A stretch of DNA of 59,656 nt, filler included, from Squatina squatina (taxonomy: Eukaryota): the NCBI GenBank assembly GCA_031763465.1. It is 4 parts of 4 records of this genome, joined end to end, with 100 filler letters (N's around TTAATTAATTAA, not from the genome) between each part and the next. Parts side by side here need not be neighbours in the genome. Positions count along the whole stretch, not along the records: positions 34,112 to 47,337 come from JARFOE010000057.1; positions 47,438 to 59,656 come from JARFOE010000001.1; 2 more parts are not named here. One strand, 5' to 3'. The translations under genes were made by a program, and so were the position numbers. The notes beneath the pieces are model-generated. The model was not told where the DNA came from, did no database searches, and saw only the letters and a program-made list of their open reading frames with translations. Position 1 is the stretch's first letter; each line of letters starts with the position of its first letter. Positions 35,181-48,690 of this stretch are shown here, in pieces.

Positions 35181-36719
35181 CAACCGAGAATGTGTCAGGG
35201 CCTTTCCTTGTCCGTCACATGAGAAGCCATGTGAACAGGACATCCACCGGTCTGCCTTTTTGAAGGCTCCTTTTCATCATAAAGACACTACTTGGAGTGA
35301 TTTTTGCCTGGAGTATCTTTTTTTAGAAATGGAAATGTTCGCTTCTCCCACCCATGCAATTGGCCAAAGGCATTCTGTGATCAGTTCAGGCACCAGCTTT
35401 GCAGGGAATGTGTAACGGTTTCATTTTATGACTTCACATCGGATTTGCGTAATTATTTCATCCTTTTGCATAGTTACATTTTCCATCGAAGCATCAATAG
35501 TGTTGTTCATTTGCTTCATAAGATTTACTTTGGTATGAAATTTACGATGCTTTTCGACAGTACAAGAAATAGTTCTTTGGAAGATGTACACATTTATAGT
35601 GATGATTTAAAACTAAGGAGAGAATGCATGACTTTAAATTAGAGACCAAATTACATCTGTATGACCTGCTATATATAGATACAGAGAATAAAGCAAAAAT
35701 GGATCCAGCACTGGCCCCTTCTCTAATTTGAGCAACACCCATTCAACCTAACCCTTTGTTTCCTGTCTGTTAACCAACATTCTATCCATGCTGCTACATT
35801 TCCTCTTCTACCATCCTCTTCTAACAAGCCTCCTTGAGACACTTTATTGAACACCTTCTGAAAATCCAAATACACCACATCTACTGCATTGCCTTAGTCT
35901 AACCAACACATAACTTNNNNNNNNNNAAACACGATTTGCCTTTAACAAAACCGAGAATTTTAATAAATACTAATTTCACTAAGCTTGCATTTCCTCCACT
36001 GCTCAAAAGGAATTTAATTAAGTAAAGAGCATTTGATATCTTAAAAGCTTCAGTATTTTGAATTAAGTCTACAGTGAATTATATCTGTTCTGAGCATGAA
36101 ATTCATTCTCTGTGAGCAACCAAAATGAGGGAAATGTAACAGTTCTCCAGAGACAGTCGTTCTTTCTCATTTTTTAAAAGTTAAAATCATTTTTGGATCT
36201 CTTCCTGTCCTGTTCATAGCAAAGCTCAAATCAGCACTATGCTCACTACCACTTGCTCTATCACGCACCCCAGCACTACTCACTAAACACTCAGAAAACC
36301 CCACTTCTACGCCCTACAAAACATTGGTTCCACTCCTCATAAAATACTTCCTCCCACTCCTTGCTCAATGCCCACTCTCAGTGCTCTAGGCATGAATTTC
36401 AGCCAGCTGGCCATTCTAGCAACAGTTGAGCNNNNNNNNNNNNNNNNNNNNNNNNNNNNNNNNNNNNNNNNNNNNNNNNNNNNNNNNNNNNNNNNNNNNN
36501 NNNNNNNNNNNNNNNNNNNNNNNNNNNNNNNCACAGATGAGTTGATTAGCGCCCCCATTAAGCCCCATTAGCGCTACCGCTGAATTTTTTTTCTACGAGA
36601 CCAATACCTCATTATTTTGCAGGACCCTGAAATTAGTACTAACAAATCCTCTTTTCGGCAGCTAATGCTGTCAACGTGGCACTAACCAATTGGGACCCCT
36701 TGGTATTTTCAGCCTTGAA

Positions 36720-37030
36720 AGGAGGCCCTTGGAGATGTGATCTTATCGATGATATGAAAAGGTAAACCCAGAAAATGACTTCAAATAAATTGCAAAAGTT
36801 GGACAAGTGGTTACAGGTTCAAACTCGTAAAAGTCAAAATTTAGGACTGGTATCAGGAAATTCTTCTTTACACAGAGTAATCAATATGGGGAATGGACTC
36901 CTAGATAGAGTAATGGAGGTGAAAACCCTGCATCATTTCAGAATAAATTGGATGCTGCAGTGGGGAAACTTTAGTGTCTTTCTCGATGAATGAGCTAAGA
37001 AGGGCCTAATGGCCTTCCTCATTCGTAATT
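36720..37030 (+). mobile_element. Old CR1 3' fragment
   Basis: ttctttacacagagtaatcaatatggggaatggactcctagatagagtaatggagg... and the tail gggcctaatggccttcctcattcgtaa resemble 27300-27525. Confidence 0.55.
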
Positions 37031-40000
37031 TTCTCGTTATCCAAAAGAGCAATTTCCAGACTGCTTTTCTGTTTTATGTGATTACACATGTCTCCATCAG
37101 ATGGAGCACAGTCCTGGAGTTAACACTGTTATTCATTTAATAAGCTCTTGGAAGGTAGAAAATTAACATGGCTGCTAATTAAAGAAGCAGATACATCGAT
37201 ATTCTGAAACAAGTGATTTATCCAATTCTCCTTGAAACCAGTTCCACACACATAACAATTAAAAAGAAAAAGTATGTAAACGCAATAATTTGGCTCAAGA
37301 GGTGTCCTGTTAAGGATCATGGACTGGACGCAATATTGAACTACATAACTTCCTGTGGAGCTGCTCACTGATGGTTGTTTACCGAGTCAAATGATCCAAA
37401 CCTTCAGACCAACACAGGGAGAGTGGAATTAAACTTGATATATGTATCTTGTAATAAGGTAGTATTTTTTTCTGAACAATTTTTCTTACTAACTTGGGGA
37501 GTTGGCCACAATATAGGTAGTTGTCCCAACGTGGCTACCCTTTACGCTAGCATTGTATTCTGGATGGTGAAGGTTTCACTTTCTGAAGTACTGTCATCAA
37601 ACTGCATTACTTGGCACTCAGTAATTGGACTGTAAAAGGCACTCTGGGTGGATCACAGCCAAGTGGAGCCATATGGTATCTACGCTGGGCATATTAACTC
37701 CTGCCCTTGAGTTAATGGCACTGGCAGCTTTCAGATTTCAACAAGTGATCTGCCATATGGCAGTTTTTTAATGACTGAAAGTGCCAGCTGGGAAAATATC
37801 AACTAATCCTAAAGCGATAGCATNNNNNNNNNNNNNNNNNNNNNNNNNNNNNNNNNNNNNNNNNNNNNNNNNNNNNNNNNNNNNNNNNNNNNNNNNNNNN
37901 NNNNNNNNNNNNNNNNNNNNNNNTTATAGTGGTTCACTTCCATCAGTAAGATGAATAGCCAAGTAAATAATACAAAATGGACAGTTTGTGTTTCAGTTTT
38001 GTGTCACACTGTGTGCTTACATGCTTCAGTTACTGAAATGATTATCTTGCTGAATGTTGTCTCTCTTTCAAAGCCATATTAAGATTTAAGAGATTGTTGC
38101 AATAAACAGAATATCACAACAATAACAATGGACTCAACATACTCTTTCATTCATGTGAAGGACAGTTATTGATTATCACTGAGCAGGTGATACAATTTCT
38201 TCCTTTCAGATCACAGCAAGCATTCAGAATTGAAGCTAGATTGCCACAAGATTCAAAGTGATCATGTTCTTCCAAAGGCTGAGTTGGTAAAGAAGCTGTC
38301 CAGTGTACTACTAAACCATAAACAACAGCCAGAGTTCCTGTTCTTGATCACAATCCAGCAACCCTTGCTAGAAAGTGCACATCTGGATATCAGGTGTGGA
38401 AAAGAGCAAAGCGCTTGTGATGTCACTGATGAGCGGGTTGCCAGCACATGATACCCCAACAAGATTTAGTAGCATCACTTTTTGTCTTTCGGCACACGGT
38501 AGTTAGAAATGGTTTAATCAAACACTCAGCTCTCTGGTTTAAGCTCATTTAAATAATTATTTGAAATCCCAGGTGCAAATTCAGATGGGTCTAGGAACAA
38601 CACCAATGGTGAGAGGGAAAAATTGTGTGCAGATGAAATTTGAAGTGATGGGGACAATTAGGTGTCATAATGGTTTGCAAAAATTCAGAAAGCTTTTGAA
38701 GAGCCTTAAAAGGAATCTCAACCCATTAGCAGCCTTTCCCAAGGCTAAAGGTACTGGGAATTAAGAGGTGCTGGATCAAAATGAAGGAAAAGGAAACCAA
38801 GGTGTATGCTTGAACCTGCAGACAAGTAACGAGGCAGCCAAGCACCTGACCCTGTTTGATTGAGTTTTGGTGGTGTTGCAAGAGGTGCTATCAAGGATGG
38901 TTGACCCCTGTGCCCTCCACAGCCCCCATAGGTTAGAATTGCAACATGTCTGCAAGAAAGTACGGCCAGCTTTCAGACCATAGCTGACCGTTATTGTTCC
39001 TGCAAGTGCAAGGTCCATAGAGGTGTTCTTGTAGCAGATGGCACAGCTTGGCATCTGTCTCACTACTGACCCTGAGAAGACAGGTCCCCACATCAGGGCC
39101 TACAGAAATGGTTGATGGCATTTTGGCCACCAGGCAATGCTGGCTGATGATCAGCCTGACCTGCCTTTTCTTATGCAGTACCACTTAAAGCACTACATGT
39201 TATGATTGGAGGGGTCCTGAAGAAGCTTACAGCAGAACGGTTAATAAGGTATTGACAACTAATCATGATGCGACTGGGGCGTCTGCTGGCACAGTATCCT
39301 TTGGAAACAGAAGCCTCCACAAGCGCACCACCTGCCAAAGCGAGATGATGTCGCTGATCTTTGAATATGCAGGAGTTCAGGTGCTTTTGGGAAAGTCTAG
39401 CGCATCTTTCAGACAGCCTGGCATCCCTTCTCAGGTCCTCATCTTTCTCCAACATGTCATCTCAGAGGATCTCAGTTGGCAAATTCAGTGGTACTTGTAA
39501 CAGGAACTGGGACAGAACAATTGTGGCAGTTGATACAAAAGCTCATGAAAGCCTAAGTTGCAGAAAAAATTTTATTTTGAAAAATTACATGAAGGCTCTT
39601 TAAAAGGCCTAAAAACACTTACCTTTGATCATCCATGGGTATTTCAAAGTCCCTGCACCTGATAGTCTGCTTGAGAATTTCTTCCAGTCAGATTTCTATG
39701 GGCATGCTGGGAAAACAGTGTGGCACACTTCTCTGTCCTCCTTTGTTAACAAAACTCCCACCGAACCAAAATATAGAGCAGGCTATAATGGAGCAAAAAT
39801 GAAACGCAAGTGATTTCCTGAAGATTTCCGAGTCACTACCATCCCATTTGAACTCAATATTGGGTGAGTAGTAAAATTGAATCAGCCCCAGTGCCTAAAG
39901 ATGGGGAGGGTTAGAAAATTTTAAAATAACGAACAATCACCAATTTTTCTAATTTTGCAGATTTAGTAGCCAAGCCAATAAATTTGGTGGTCTTAATTTT

Positions 40001-42324
40001 TAATCCTATTAACAGCAAGGTGTACGAGTCAGATGACAATCTTAACTATAGTAGTTTCACTAGAATGGACGAGNNNNNNNNNNGAAATAATGAAATGGGA
40101 AACTTCCGGAAAGTATTCAGTCACAGACCACTTACTACATTATTGCTGTTAGTAACATCGAAAAACCCTTCCAGAAAGTCATATATAAAACACTATTAGT
40201 CCCTCTGTCAAAGCAAAGTGGTTTTATATGCATCCAGTCAGCAGGATTAATCCCCACAAAAGCCTGTAACAAATGGGATTGATAGTGTCCATAGGTTTAT
40301 TGAGGTGGATTTATGGAGTGTGACAGTTTGAGGGCAATCACTTTTGCTCTCACAAAAAAACATTTCATTCTGTTAAATGCAACTGGCCATATGATGCCTT
40401 AAGTTAAATTTGACCTTATATAGCAATCAGTTGATGCATGCATCTCTTTTATTGTGAGCCTGGTTCTATTTATACTCTCATTTTTAGGAAGTTTATATTT
40501 AACTCTTTGTTAAGAGCGTAGAGCATCTCAGTAACTGGCTAGCCATGTCCTTCCCATTTAAGGCTCAATTACAGCTGCTTTTCTCATGCAGTCCGAACTT
40601 TGTCCGAAAGAGTATGAATCCTTGCTCCAATACAAATTGCACAAAGCTCACCCTNNNNNNNNNNNNNNNNNNNNNNNNNNNNNNNNNNNNNNNNNNNNNN
40701 NNNNNNNNNNNNNNNNNNNNNNNNNNNNNNNNNNNNNNNNNNNNNNNNNNNNNNCAGAACTTACCTGGACAGAAGTTATCCCTTCTGTCTTCCTTGGTGG
40801 AGTGACTCCAAGCCCTTAAAGAACAAACTGGTTTCTTTCTATCCAGCACAGATTTCACTATCAGCACAATTCATCATGAGCTGTGACATACATCATTCTG
40901 CGCTAAGAAACTGCCAACTGATAACAATGTTGGATGAATTCATCATTTTGAGAAGATGAACTGATAACTAAAGGTGGCTAGCTGGGCACCGCCATAAACA
41001 CATCAAATGTCCCTACTCCATATTGATACACTGCACTGATGCCATTCTGCAAGAATCTAATCAGAGCAAACACGCTGTGTGTGTGACAGACTCGTCCATA
41101 ATCCAAGAAAACACTGCTCAGTTCCATTCATTACAAACTGCCTTCTTTCTCCCCAGCTAACTCCAATGTCCCTCGAGCATTTGCAATCAATGATTATAAA
41201 GCGCCTGTATATTCATCTCGGAGCCAATTTCTCATTCACCAACAGATCATTTTGTTACTTAATTGATAAAAATTAGAAAAGTCTTTGCATTTTAAATAGG
41301 TTTGAGTTCTGATGCTAAGGATTACACGCAGGATAGATCACTGGATCTTTACATTCCGGGACTGGAGGTTTCGACTGCTGAATTATGGATCCTGTGTGCC
41401 AATTTGAAAAGAACTGATGAATCAAATCTCTTCAAAATTTTGCCATTTTTTCTGCTCAATGAAAGGTGATTAAAATTTCAGTCAAAATCCTTTAGGGAAC
41501 ATATTTCTCCATTATAATGAAAACTATAACGAGGTTTGAATATTTAACTTCAATCAAAGCATTACGTTACAGAAGAGATGCTGTTTGAATGGAAATTTTG
41601 GTTGAATTAAATGTTGGAAGGGGATGCTTAGCTTTCTGTAATACATAGGCCCTGAATTTCCGTAGCGCTGAGATAGTACTGTTATAGTGCCTGGAAGAGG
41701 TGGAAAACAGAAAAGATAGACTTCTCGGTGTGTCAGGGAACAAACCATTCAGGAGTCAAATCACCCAATACAATTATGCACTGTAACGGCCTAAATGAGT
41801 GTTTAATTGGAATATCACATTTTCCTAAGTATTACTAAGAGTGTTGGCTGCACACCTATTATTGTCTCTCAGTCACTTTGGTTACCATGCTTTTGAACTG
41901 CTGGGCACAAGCTGCCAGGGAGCAGTTATTTGGTGTAAAACTTGCTCTTCTGTTGAATCATGAATGGTGATAGTGGGACCGAGGGCTTTAAAATTCATTC
42001 TTATGTCACTGAACTAGAGCTTCATGTTGTCACATAAGGGTAAATTCACTAAGCATTCCCAGCGGAGAACTGTGCAGTGCAGATCAGGGAATTAACACAA
42101 CAGTGTTGGAGCGCTCTTTACAATTTGCCTTCAAGCGAGCCTGCCTGCTGGGAATGTGGAATTGCTGAATTTAAAAAACATAGCTCTCTGTAACTCAGAA
42201 TGAATGTCGTTTGTGAGTAGTTGAGGGGACATGCACATAGTCTTTGTTTCATAAAACTGTCTGCTCCCAAAGCATACTATAAAATTTATTTTGTGTGCGT
42301 ATATACAACAAAGGGAAGCTGCAA

Positions 42325-43507
42325 CATTAAATGGTGAATGGTGATGGACAATTAAACAACTAACAGGAGGGGGAAGCTCCATGAATATCCCCATCCTCAA
42401 TGATGGCGGAGCACAGCATGTGAGTGCAAAAGACAAGGCTGAAGCCTTTGCAACCATCTTCAGCCAGAAGTGATGAGTGGATGATCATCTCGGCCCCCTC
42501 CTGAGATCCTGACCATCACAGATGCCAGGCTTCAGCCAAGTTAATTCACTCCATGTGATATCAAAAAACAGAGCTTAGCGTACTGGATGCAGCAAAGGCT
42601 ATGGGCTCCGACAACATCCCAGCTGTTGCGCTGAAGGCTTGTGCTCCAGAACTAGCTGCACCTCTAGCCTAGCTGTTCCAGTACAGCTACAGCACAATAT
42701 CTCCCAGGTAGATCCTGTCCACAAAAAATAGGACAAATCCAGTCCGGCCAATTACAGCCCCATCAGCCTACTCTCAATCATCAGCAAAGTGTTGGAAGGT
42801 GTCGTCGACAGTGCTATCAAGCAGCACTTGCTTGCCAGTAAGCTTCTCACTGATCTTGGTTTGAGTTCTGCCAGAAACATGCGGCTCCAGACCACATTAC
42901 AACCCTAGTCTAAACATGGACAAAAGAGTTGAATTCCAGAGGTGAGTTGACATCAAGACAGCATTTGACAATGTGTCATCAAGGAGCCCGAGTAAAACTG
43001 AAGTCAATGGGAATCGGGGAAAACTCTCTACTAGCTGGAGTCATACCTAGCAGAAAGGAAGATGGTTTTGGTTGTCGGAGGCCAATCATTTCAGCCCCAG
43101 GATATCACTACAGGAGTTCCTCAGGGCATTGTCCTAGGCCCAACTATCTTCAGCTGTTTCATCAATGCTTTCTCTCCAAGTGGGGATGTTTGCTGATGAT
43201 TGCACAGTGTTCAGTTCCATCCACAACTCCTCCGATAATGTGTCCGCACAGAGCAAGACCTGGAAAACATTCAGGCTTGGGCTGATCAATGGCAAGTAAC
43301 ATTCACGCCACACAATTACCAGGCAATGACTACCTGGAACAAGAGAGAGTCTAACCACTATCCCTTGACATTCAGTGAAATTACCATCAACATCCTGAGG
43401 GTCACCATTGACCAGAAACTTAACATAAATATTGTGGCTAAAAGAGCAGGGGAGAGGCTTGGTATCTTGCAATGAATGACTCACACCTGTACTTCCCAAA
43501 GCCTTTC
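42325..43507 (+). mobile_element. CR1-clade LINE ORF2 reverse transcriptase, degenerate
   Basis: KDKAEAFATIFSQK, KAMGSDNIPAVALKACAPELAAPL, NYSPISLLSIISKVLE, GVPQGIVLGPTIF and MFADDCTV motifs with stops and frameshifts. Confidence 0.88.
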
Positions 43508-45008
43508 NNNNNNNNNNNNNNNNNNNNNNNNNNNNNNNNNNNNNNNNNNNNNNNNNNNNNNNNNNNNNNNNNNNNNNNNNNNNNNNNNNNNNNNNNNNNN
43601 NNNNNNNAGTACTACTGGAAAGTGTTCATGTGTTGACATTGGATGAGGCTGGAAAGATGCCTCACCAATGGAATGGCATCCTAGTATGAGTGAGCGTCTT
43701 CAGCAGGATGGGATTAAATAAAACTACAAGAATCAGGCTTCAAACATACTGTTTAAACAATAGCAGGAAGCTTTCTTGTTTCCCATTTGTAGTGAAATCA
43801 TAAATGTATTTTTTTTATATAGTCCTGTTTACAATTTCCCTGCCAATAACAATCAGGGGAAATCTTCCCCATTTTGAGCAAATAAAGTTGAAAAAGGAAG
43901 TAAGATGTCAATGTTACTGGGATTCTAGATCAACTTTACCCTCAAAAAATGTTGTTTTTGTAGTTGCACACAATTTGCATTTGCTGATCAAAGCGTGGGC
44001 TAATGTTACAGTGGGTTTTCAGTATTACTGTAACCAGGTTGGTATCATATCCACAGAATCACTTCAAGAAAATATTTGTTTCAGTAAATTGTGGAACCAG
44101 TCCAACTTTCCTAATTTTGGGCAGATCTCATTATTTCTAAAGGGCATTCATCATCCCACTGGCAGATTGTGGCATTAGCATGATGCCTGGAACAGGTTGG
44201 CACTGCAGCTGTTTCCATTGGGATGATGTGTAAATATGAAGTCTACACGTCCGTAGGACACTCCTTCAACCTAGCNNNNNNNNNNNNNNNNNNNNNNNNN
44301 NNNNNNNNNNNNNNNNNNNNNNNNNNNNNNNNNNNNNNNNNNNNNNNNNNNNNNNNNNNNNNNNNNNNNNNNNNNAGGGTCGACTGGTCTGGGTGTGCCG
44401 TTGTCATGTCTGAAGCCAGTGCCTAGGTTGATGCCTGCTGGTCTGTCCAGTTTTATTCTTATTATCGTTTCTCGTAGCGGTTTGGTACAACTGAGTGGCT
44501 TACTAGGTCATTTCAAAGGGCAGTTAAGAGTCAACCACATTGCTGGGTTGGCAGATTTCTTTCCCCAAAGGAAGGACATTAGTGAACTAGATGGATTTTA
44601 ATAACAATCTGATAGTTTCATGGTGACCATTACTGATACTAGCTTATTCCAGATTTATTTAATTAACTGAATTTAAAATCGTGGTGGGATTTGTACTCAC
44701 ATCTCTGGATCATTAGTCCAGGCCTCTGCATTACTAGTTCAGTAACATACCACTATGCTAGAATTCTGCTATGCTCCATATACAATGCTCTAACATTGTA
44801 GGACTATATCCTAACACTTGAAGGTGCAATGAGCTAACCTCCAATGCAGNNNNNNNNNNCAGGCATAATAATCCCCAGGTTAAAATTGCTTCTCAAGAGC
44901 CAAGTTTAAGTCATTTATGATTCTCTAACTTCTTCTGTATTACTGCCTGTGATACCAACCGACCAATCCAGTTTCCCATGTATAAATATACCACCTGTTT
45001 TCACTCAC

Positions 45009-45164
45009 ATAGATTTCAGTTTGCTGAGGTCTGAAGTTCCATTGCAGACTGGCATGAACATCAGCATTGAAAGTGACTTTAATGACTCGATCCTTCACAG
45101 GCTCCATGGCCTCTACTTGATCCACATTGTGACCAGCTACTGCAGTTCCTCCCAGTCCTGTAGC
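45009..45164 (-). CDS. COX11: COX11 internal exon
   Basis: ttttag| ... |gtgagt, 156 bp, phase 0. Encodes ATGLGGTAVAGHNVDQVEAMEPVKDRVIKVTFNADVHASLQWNFRPQQTEIY; FNADVHASLQWNFRPQQTEIY matches human COX11. Confidence 0.95.
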
Positions 45165-46757
45165 CTAAAAGCAGACAATTAATTCTGAATGCATGAACAG
45201 AAGACTACTTGCTAAAGCTAGGAAAACTTGGTATTTAATTTTTTATGCCACACAGTTGACTGAACACTGATGGTTGATCTGCCATGACAGTTTCTAAAAC
45301 TAGCACTTTTTGTTTTGACATCCAAAATGGAGATACATCACAAAGTGTGCATGACCAAGCATTGCAACATTTAAAACCACCTTGCTTCACACTGATGATG
45401 GGCTGTTCCAATTATTTAATCTTTCAGTTTCTTGAAGATTGGTATTAATGAAAAAAAAATTAAAACATCTGACTGCTATTTCCTACCACCTGCCAGGCTA
45501 ATTCTATGCTAATTTTTGCTTCAAAAGACACCTAGGTGAGTGCACTTAAGCACCAGGCCAGCCAATTAGTTTGTTTTGCTAATATTATTGAAGCAAGTGT
45601 TAAGGATTTGATTTGAAAGTGATTTTGAACAAGACAGAGAAATGGAATGGATCAGTATTATGTCAGAGCGATCATTCCAAATCCCATCCCTTTCCCCTGG
45701 CTGGTNNNNNNNNNNNNNNNNNNNNNNNNNNNNNNNNNNNNNNNNNNNNNNNNNNNNNNNNNNNNNNNNNNNNNNNNNNNNNNNNNNNNNNNNNNNNNNN
45801 NNNNNAAACGAATAAGGAATTGTAGCCTTAACACCTTCCCAAATATCGCTGAGTACTGCACAAGATTTAAGAAATCCTAGAGTCCATTCTCCCAATACTT
45901 GAATAGATGCTGGAGGAAGAGCACCATTTAATTTCATGTAAAATTCAAAAGTAGGTTTAGGTTCCCCTCTCAGTTCATTAATCAGTTGATGTAGAGCATT
46001 CCCATCTCTCCCTCCCTCCCTTTTCCCCATTAAGTTCCATCAAGTAATTCTGAATGGCAATGTCTGATGATGGGAACATTTGTTCATTAAATATTCAAAA
46101 GTGATTTTCTAAAGTTATTCATTGAACAAATCCTCCCTGGTACCTTTGTCCCTCATTTTTTAATTTGGGTTTTGCTGCTTTATATTACCACTAGTACATT
46201 CTGATAAATGACTATTTAAGACAACGAGCTCAGTTCTTTCAGATTTGGATCTTGCAGTCCAAAATTGGCATAGAAACCCACATCTACCCTTGGGTCTGAA
46301 AAGCAATCAGTTAGTGAAAGGGAGTGATCATAAGGTTACTTTATAGTTGTGCTAATAAAGCTGTGCGAGTATTGGCTTGCAAAGCCTGAGTCAAGACATG
46401 GCCTGTGAGTTTCAAATACCCACCTCTAGTAAAGGTACTGATTACATTTGGTGACCAGAACATCTCCATTGTCACCATTTTCAGTTCTATTGACATTGGT
46501 TTGATTTGGTTAAAGCAGTTTCTAGCTTATGAACAGATATGGACTCAGGACAACCTTCATGAGGTTCAGCATGTTTTGACAAGCATGAGCATTCATCTCA
46601 TAAGAGAAAGAAGTAGGCCTCAGATGAGAAAAGGGACTATTTTTAAATGTCTGTGTCCGATATCTGATGTTCCTTAATCCATAATTAGTTCCTAATCATC
46701 CTACCATATGCTGACTTGCTGCTGTTTTTCCTTCACTGAAGTTCTGCTTTTTCATAG

Positions 46758-46950
46758 ATGCATAGCTAAGAAGAAATGCTTTGCCCCAAGTGCATTATAC
46801 AAGCCATTTGGGGAGCAGGCAGCAGGAGTGCTGAGTCTGTCACAGTTCCAGACTCTGCAGGATGGAGATGGGGAGATTGCTGCCCTGAGAGAACTTGGAC
46901 TTACTGACAGAGAAATCCAACTCTGGCAAGACAGGGAATCTCTCGTTAAG
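46758..46950 (+). CDS. RBM41: RBM41 internal exon
   Basis: ttttcatag| ... |gtaagg. Encodes CIAKKKCFAPSALYKPFGEQAAGVLSLSQFQTLQDGDGEIAALRELGLTDREIQLW, versus recalled human CMSKKESFAPGTMYKPFGKEAAGTMTLSQFQTLHEKDQETASLRELGLNETEILIW. Confidence 0.9.
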
Positions 46951-47381
46951 GTAAGGTGTTATTGGAGGGTTTTTGCAAATCTCATACACAGTGAAATCAC
47001 AATATGCAATATTAGCATCCAAGTGGGTAGCACTTAAAAGGGTTGATGCTTTTTATAAAATAGTAGGCAAAGGAGTTTTATATCAATGTGTTAAGCAAAC
47101 GTACTCTTAACATTGCACAGTACAATATCCAGTTAATTTTATAGATCATGTAATCACACAAATGCACCTCTGAAACCATGGAAGAATTTATGATTTGTTC
47201 AACACCACCTCAGTCCTTCAAATCTGGAGAGAACAGGCAAATGGGATCTGGTGTCAGGCCTCTTCCAGTGCAGCTCTCGAGGCAGTCTCCAGGAAGTTTC
47301 TTATTAAAACATGAGTTGACCTCCTGTGGCATTGCACNNNNNNNNNNNNNNNNNNNNNNNNNNNNNNNNNNNNNNNNNNNN

Positions 47382-47393
47382 TTAATTAATTAA
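47382..47393. other. Artificial scaffold-joining linker
   Basis: TTAATTAATTAA within N runs. Confidence 0.95.
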
Positions 47394-48379
47394 NNNNNNN
47401 NNNNNNNNNNNNNNNNNNNNNNNNNNNNNNNNNNNNNAGATTGTAATGTTTAAAAAAAACACAACCACTGTTAGGTTAAAGATCATTGGCTCCAAATACA
47501 ATGGTAAACATGTACATAAACATAAACTAGTACCTTTAAATAACAAACAGCTAAATGTTAGTAGATACAAGAACTGTTGGATTTTGCTTTCGTTTCATGA
47601 CAGAGCTTTGAATCATGCCTGAAGCAGTGTTATATTTCTTCCCTTCCCTTCCCCCACCCAACCCCCCGAAGCAGATGGGGAAAAATAATCAGGGTTACAC
47701 AATACAACCACAGCTGGGCAGTAGGATTAATCGTCACCTTCTATCACGCACAAATTCAACACTGCATTCACATCCACTTATGAATGCCACAATGATGGTC
47801 TGCTTTTTTTTTTGAAACACGGACACAAAGTGCATGTCCTACCATAGGAGGAAGCAATGGCTGTTAAATGGGTGGCCTTTTCTTTTCAAATAATAATTAA
47901 ATTGAACGTAAAATGAATTTTATTGCCACCAACTAGGCTAATTTTATAAATGTACATAAAACAATACTTTGCATCTCATTGGCATGTTTTCACTTTGCCT
48001 AATTTGTTAAACTCTGAACTATAGAACTCAAGTAGATTAAAAATCTATTTTCACAGTGTCTTTGTGATTCCGTTAATTTATTTCACAGTCCGTTCAAATC
48101 AAACATTGAATATCATGCTGTTAACAAACAGAAAACCAATGTATTCCTGTTTAGATTAACTTAAATTAATTTCATAAATAATTTAATTTTGATTTAAGCT
48201 TTCAATTGTCGTATCTTTNNNNNNNNNNNNNNNNNNNNNNNNNNNNNNNNNNNNNNNNNNNNNNNNNNNNNNNNNNNNNNNNNNNNNNNNNNNNNNNNNN
48301 NNNNNNNNNNNNNNNNNNAAAAGTGCAATGGCTCACGAGTGTGAAACAAAAATGCCTGACTGTCATCATGGAATTTTTC

Positions 48380-48690
48380 AGTCAGAAGGTTGCGGATTCA
48401 AGTCCCACTCCAGGACGTGATCACATGAAACTTGACTGCCAATCCAGAGCAGTACGGAAGGGATGCTGCTGTTTCAAAGGTGCCATCATTCAGATGAGAA
48501 GTTAAAGTGAGACCCTGTCTGCCCATGGTTAAGGATCCCATGGTATTATTTCAAAAGTAGGGAGTTCTCTTGAGGTCCTGGCCAACATTGCTATCTCAAA
48601 CAATTCGATCAAAAATAGATTATCTTTTATCTTTGCTGTTTCTGTATTACTAGTATGCGTGAAGCATTTTGGGATGTCCTGGGTGAGAGA
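48380..48690 (+). mobile_element. tRNA-headed SINE copy (diverged)
   Basis: gtcagaaggttgcggattcaagtcccactccag (B-box) through aagcattttgggatgtcctg, aligning by eye to 2050-2400. Confidence 0.65.

Noticed and set aside
48051-48095. CACAGTG heptamers (also about 43203 and 46988) as V(D)J recombination signals
   Set aside because: No ACAAAAACC-like nonamer at 12/23 spacing and no Ig/TCR segments.
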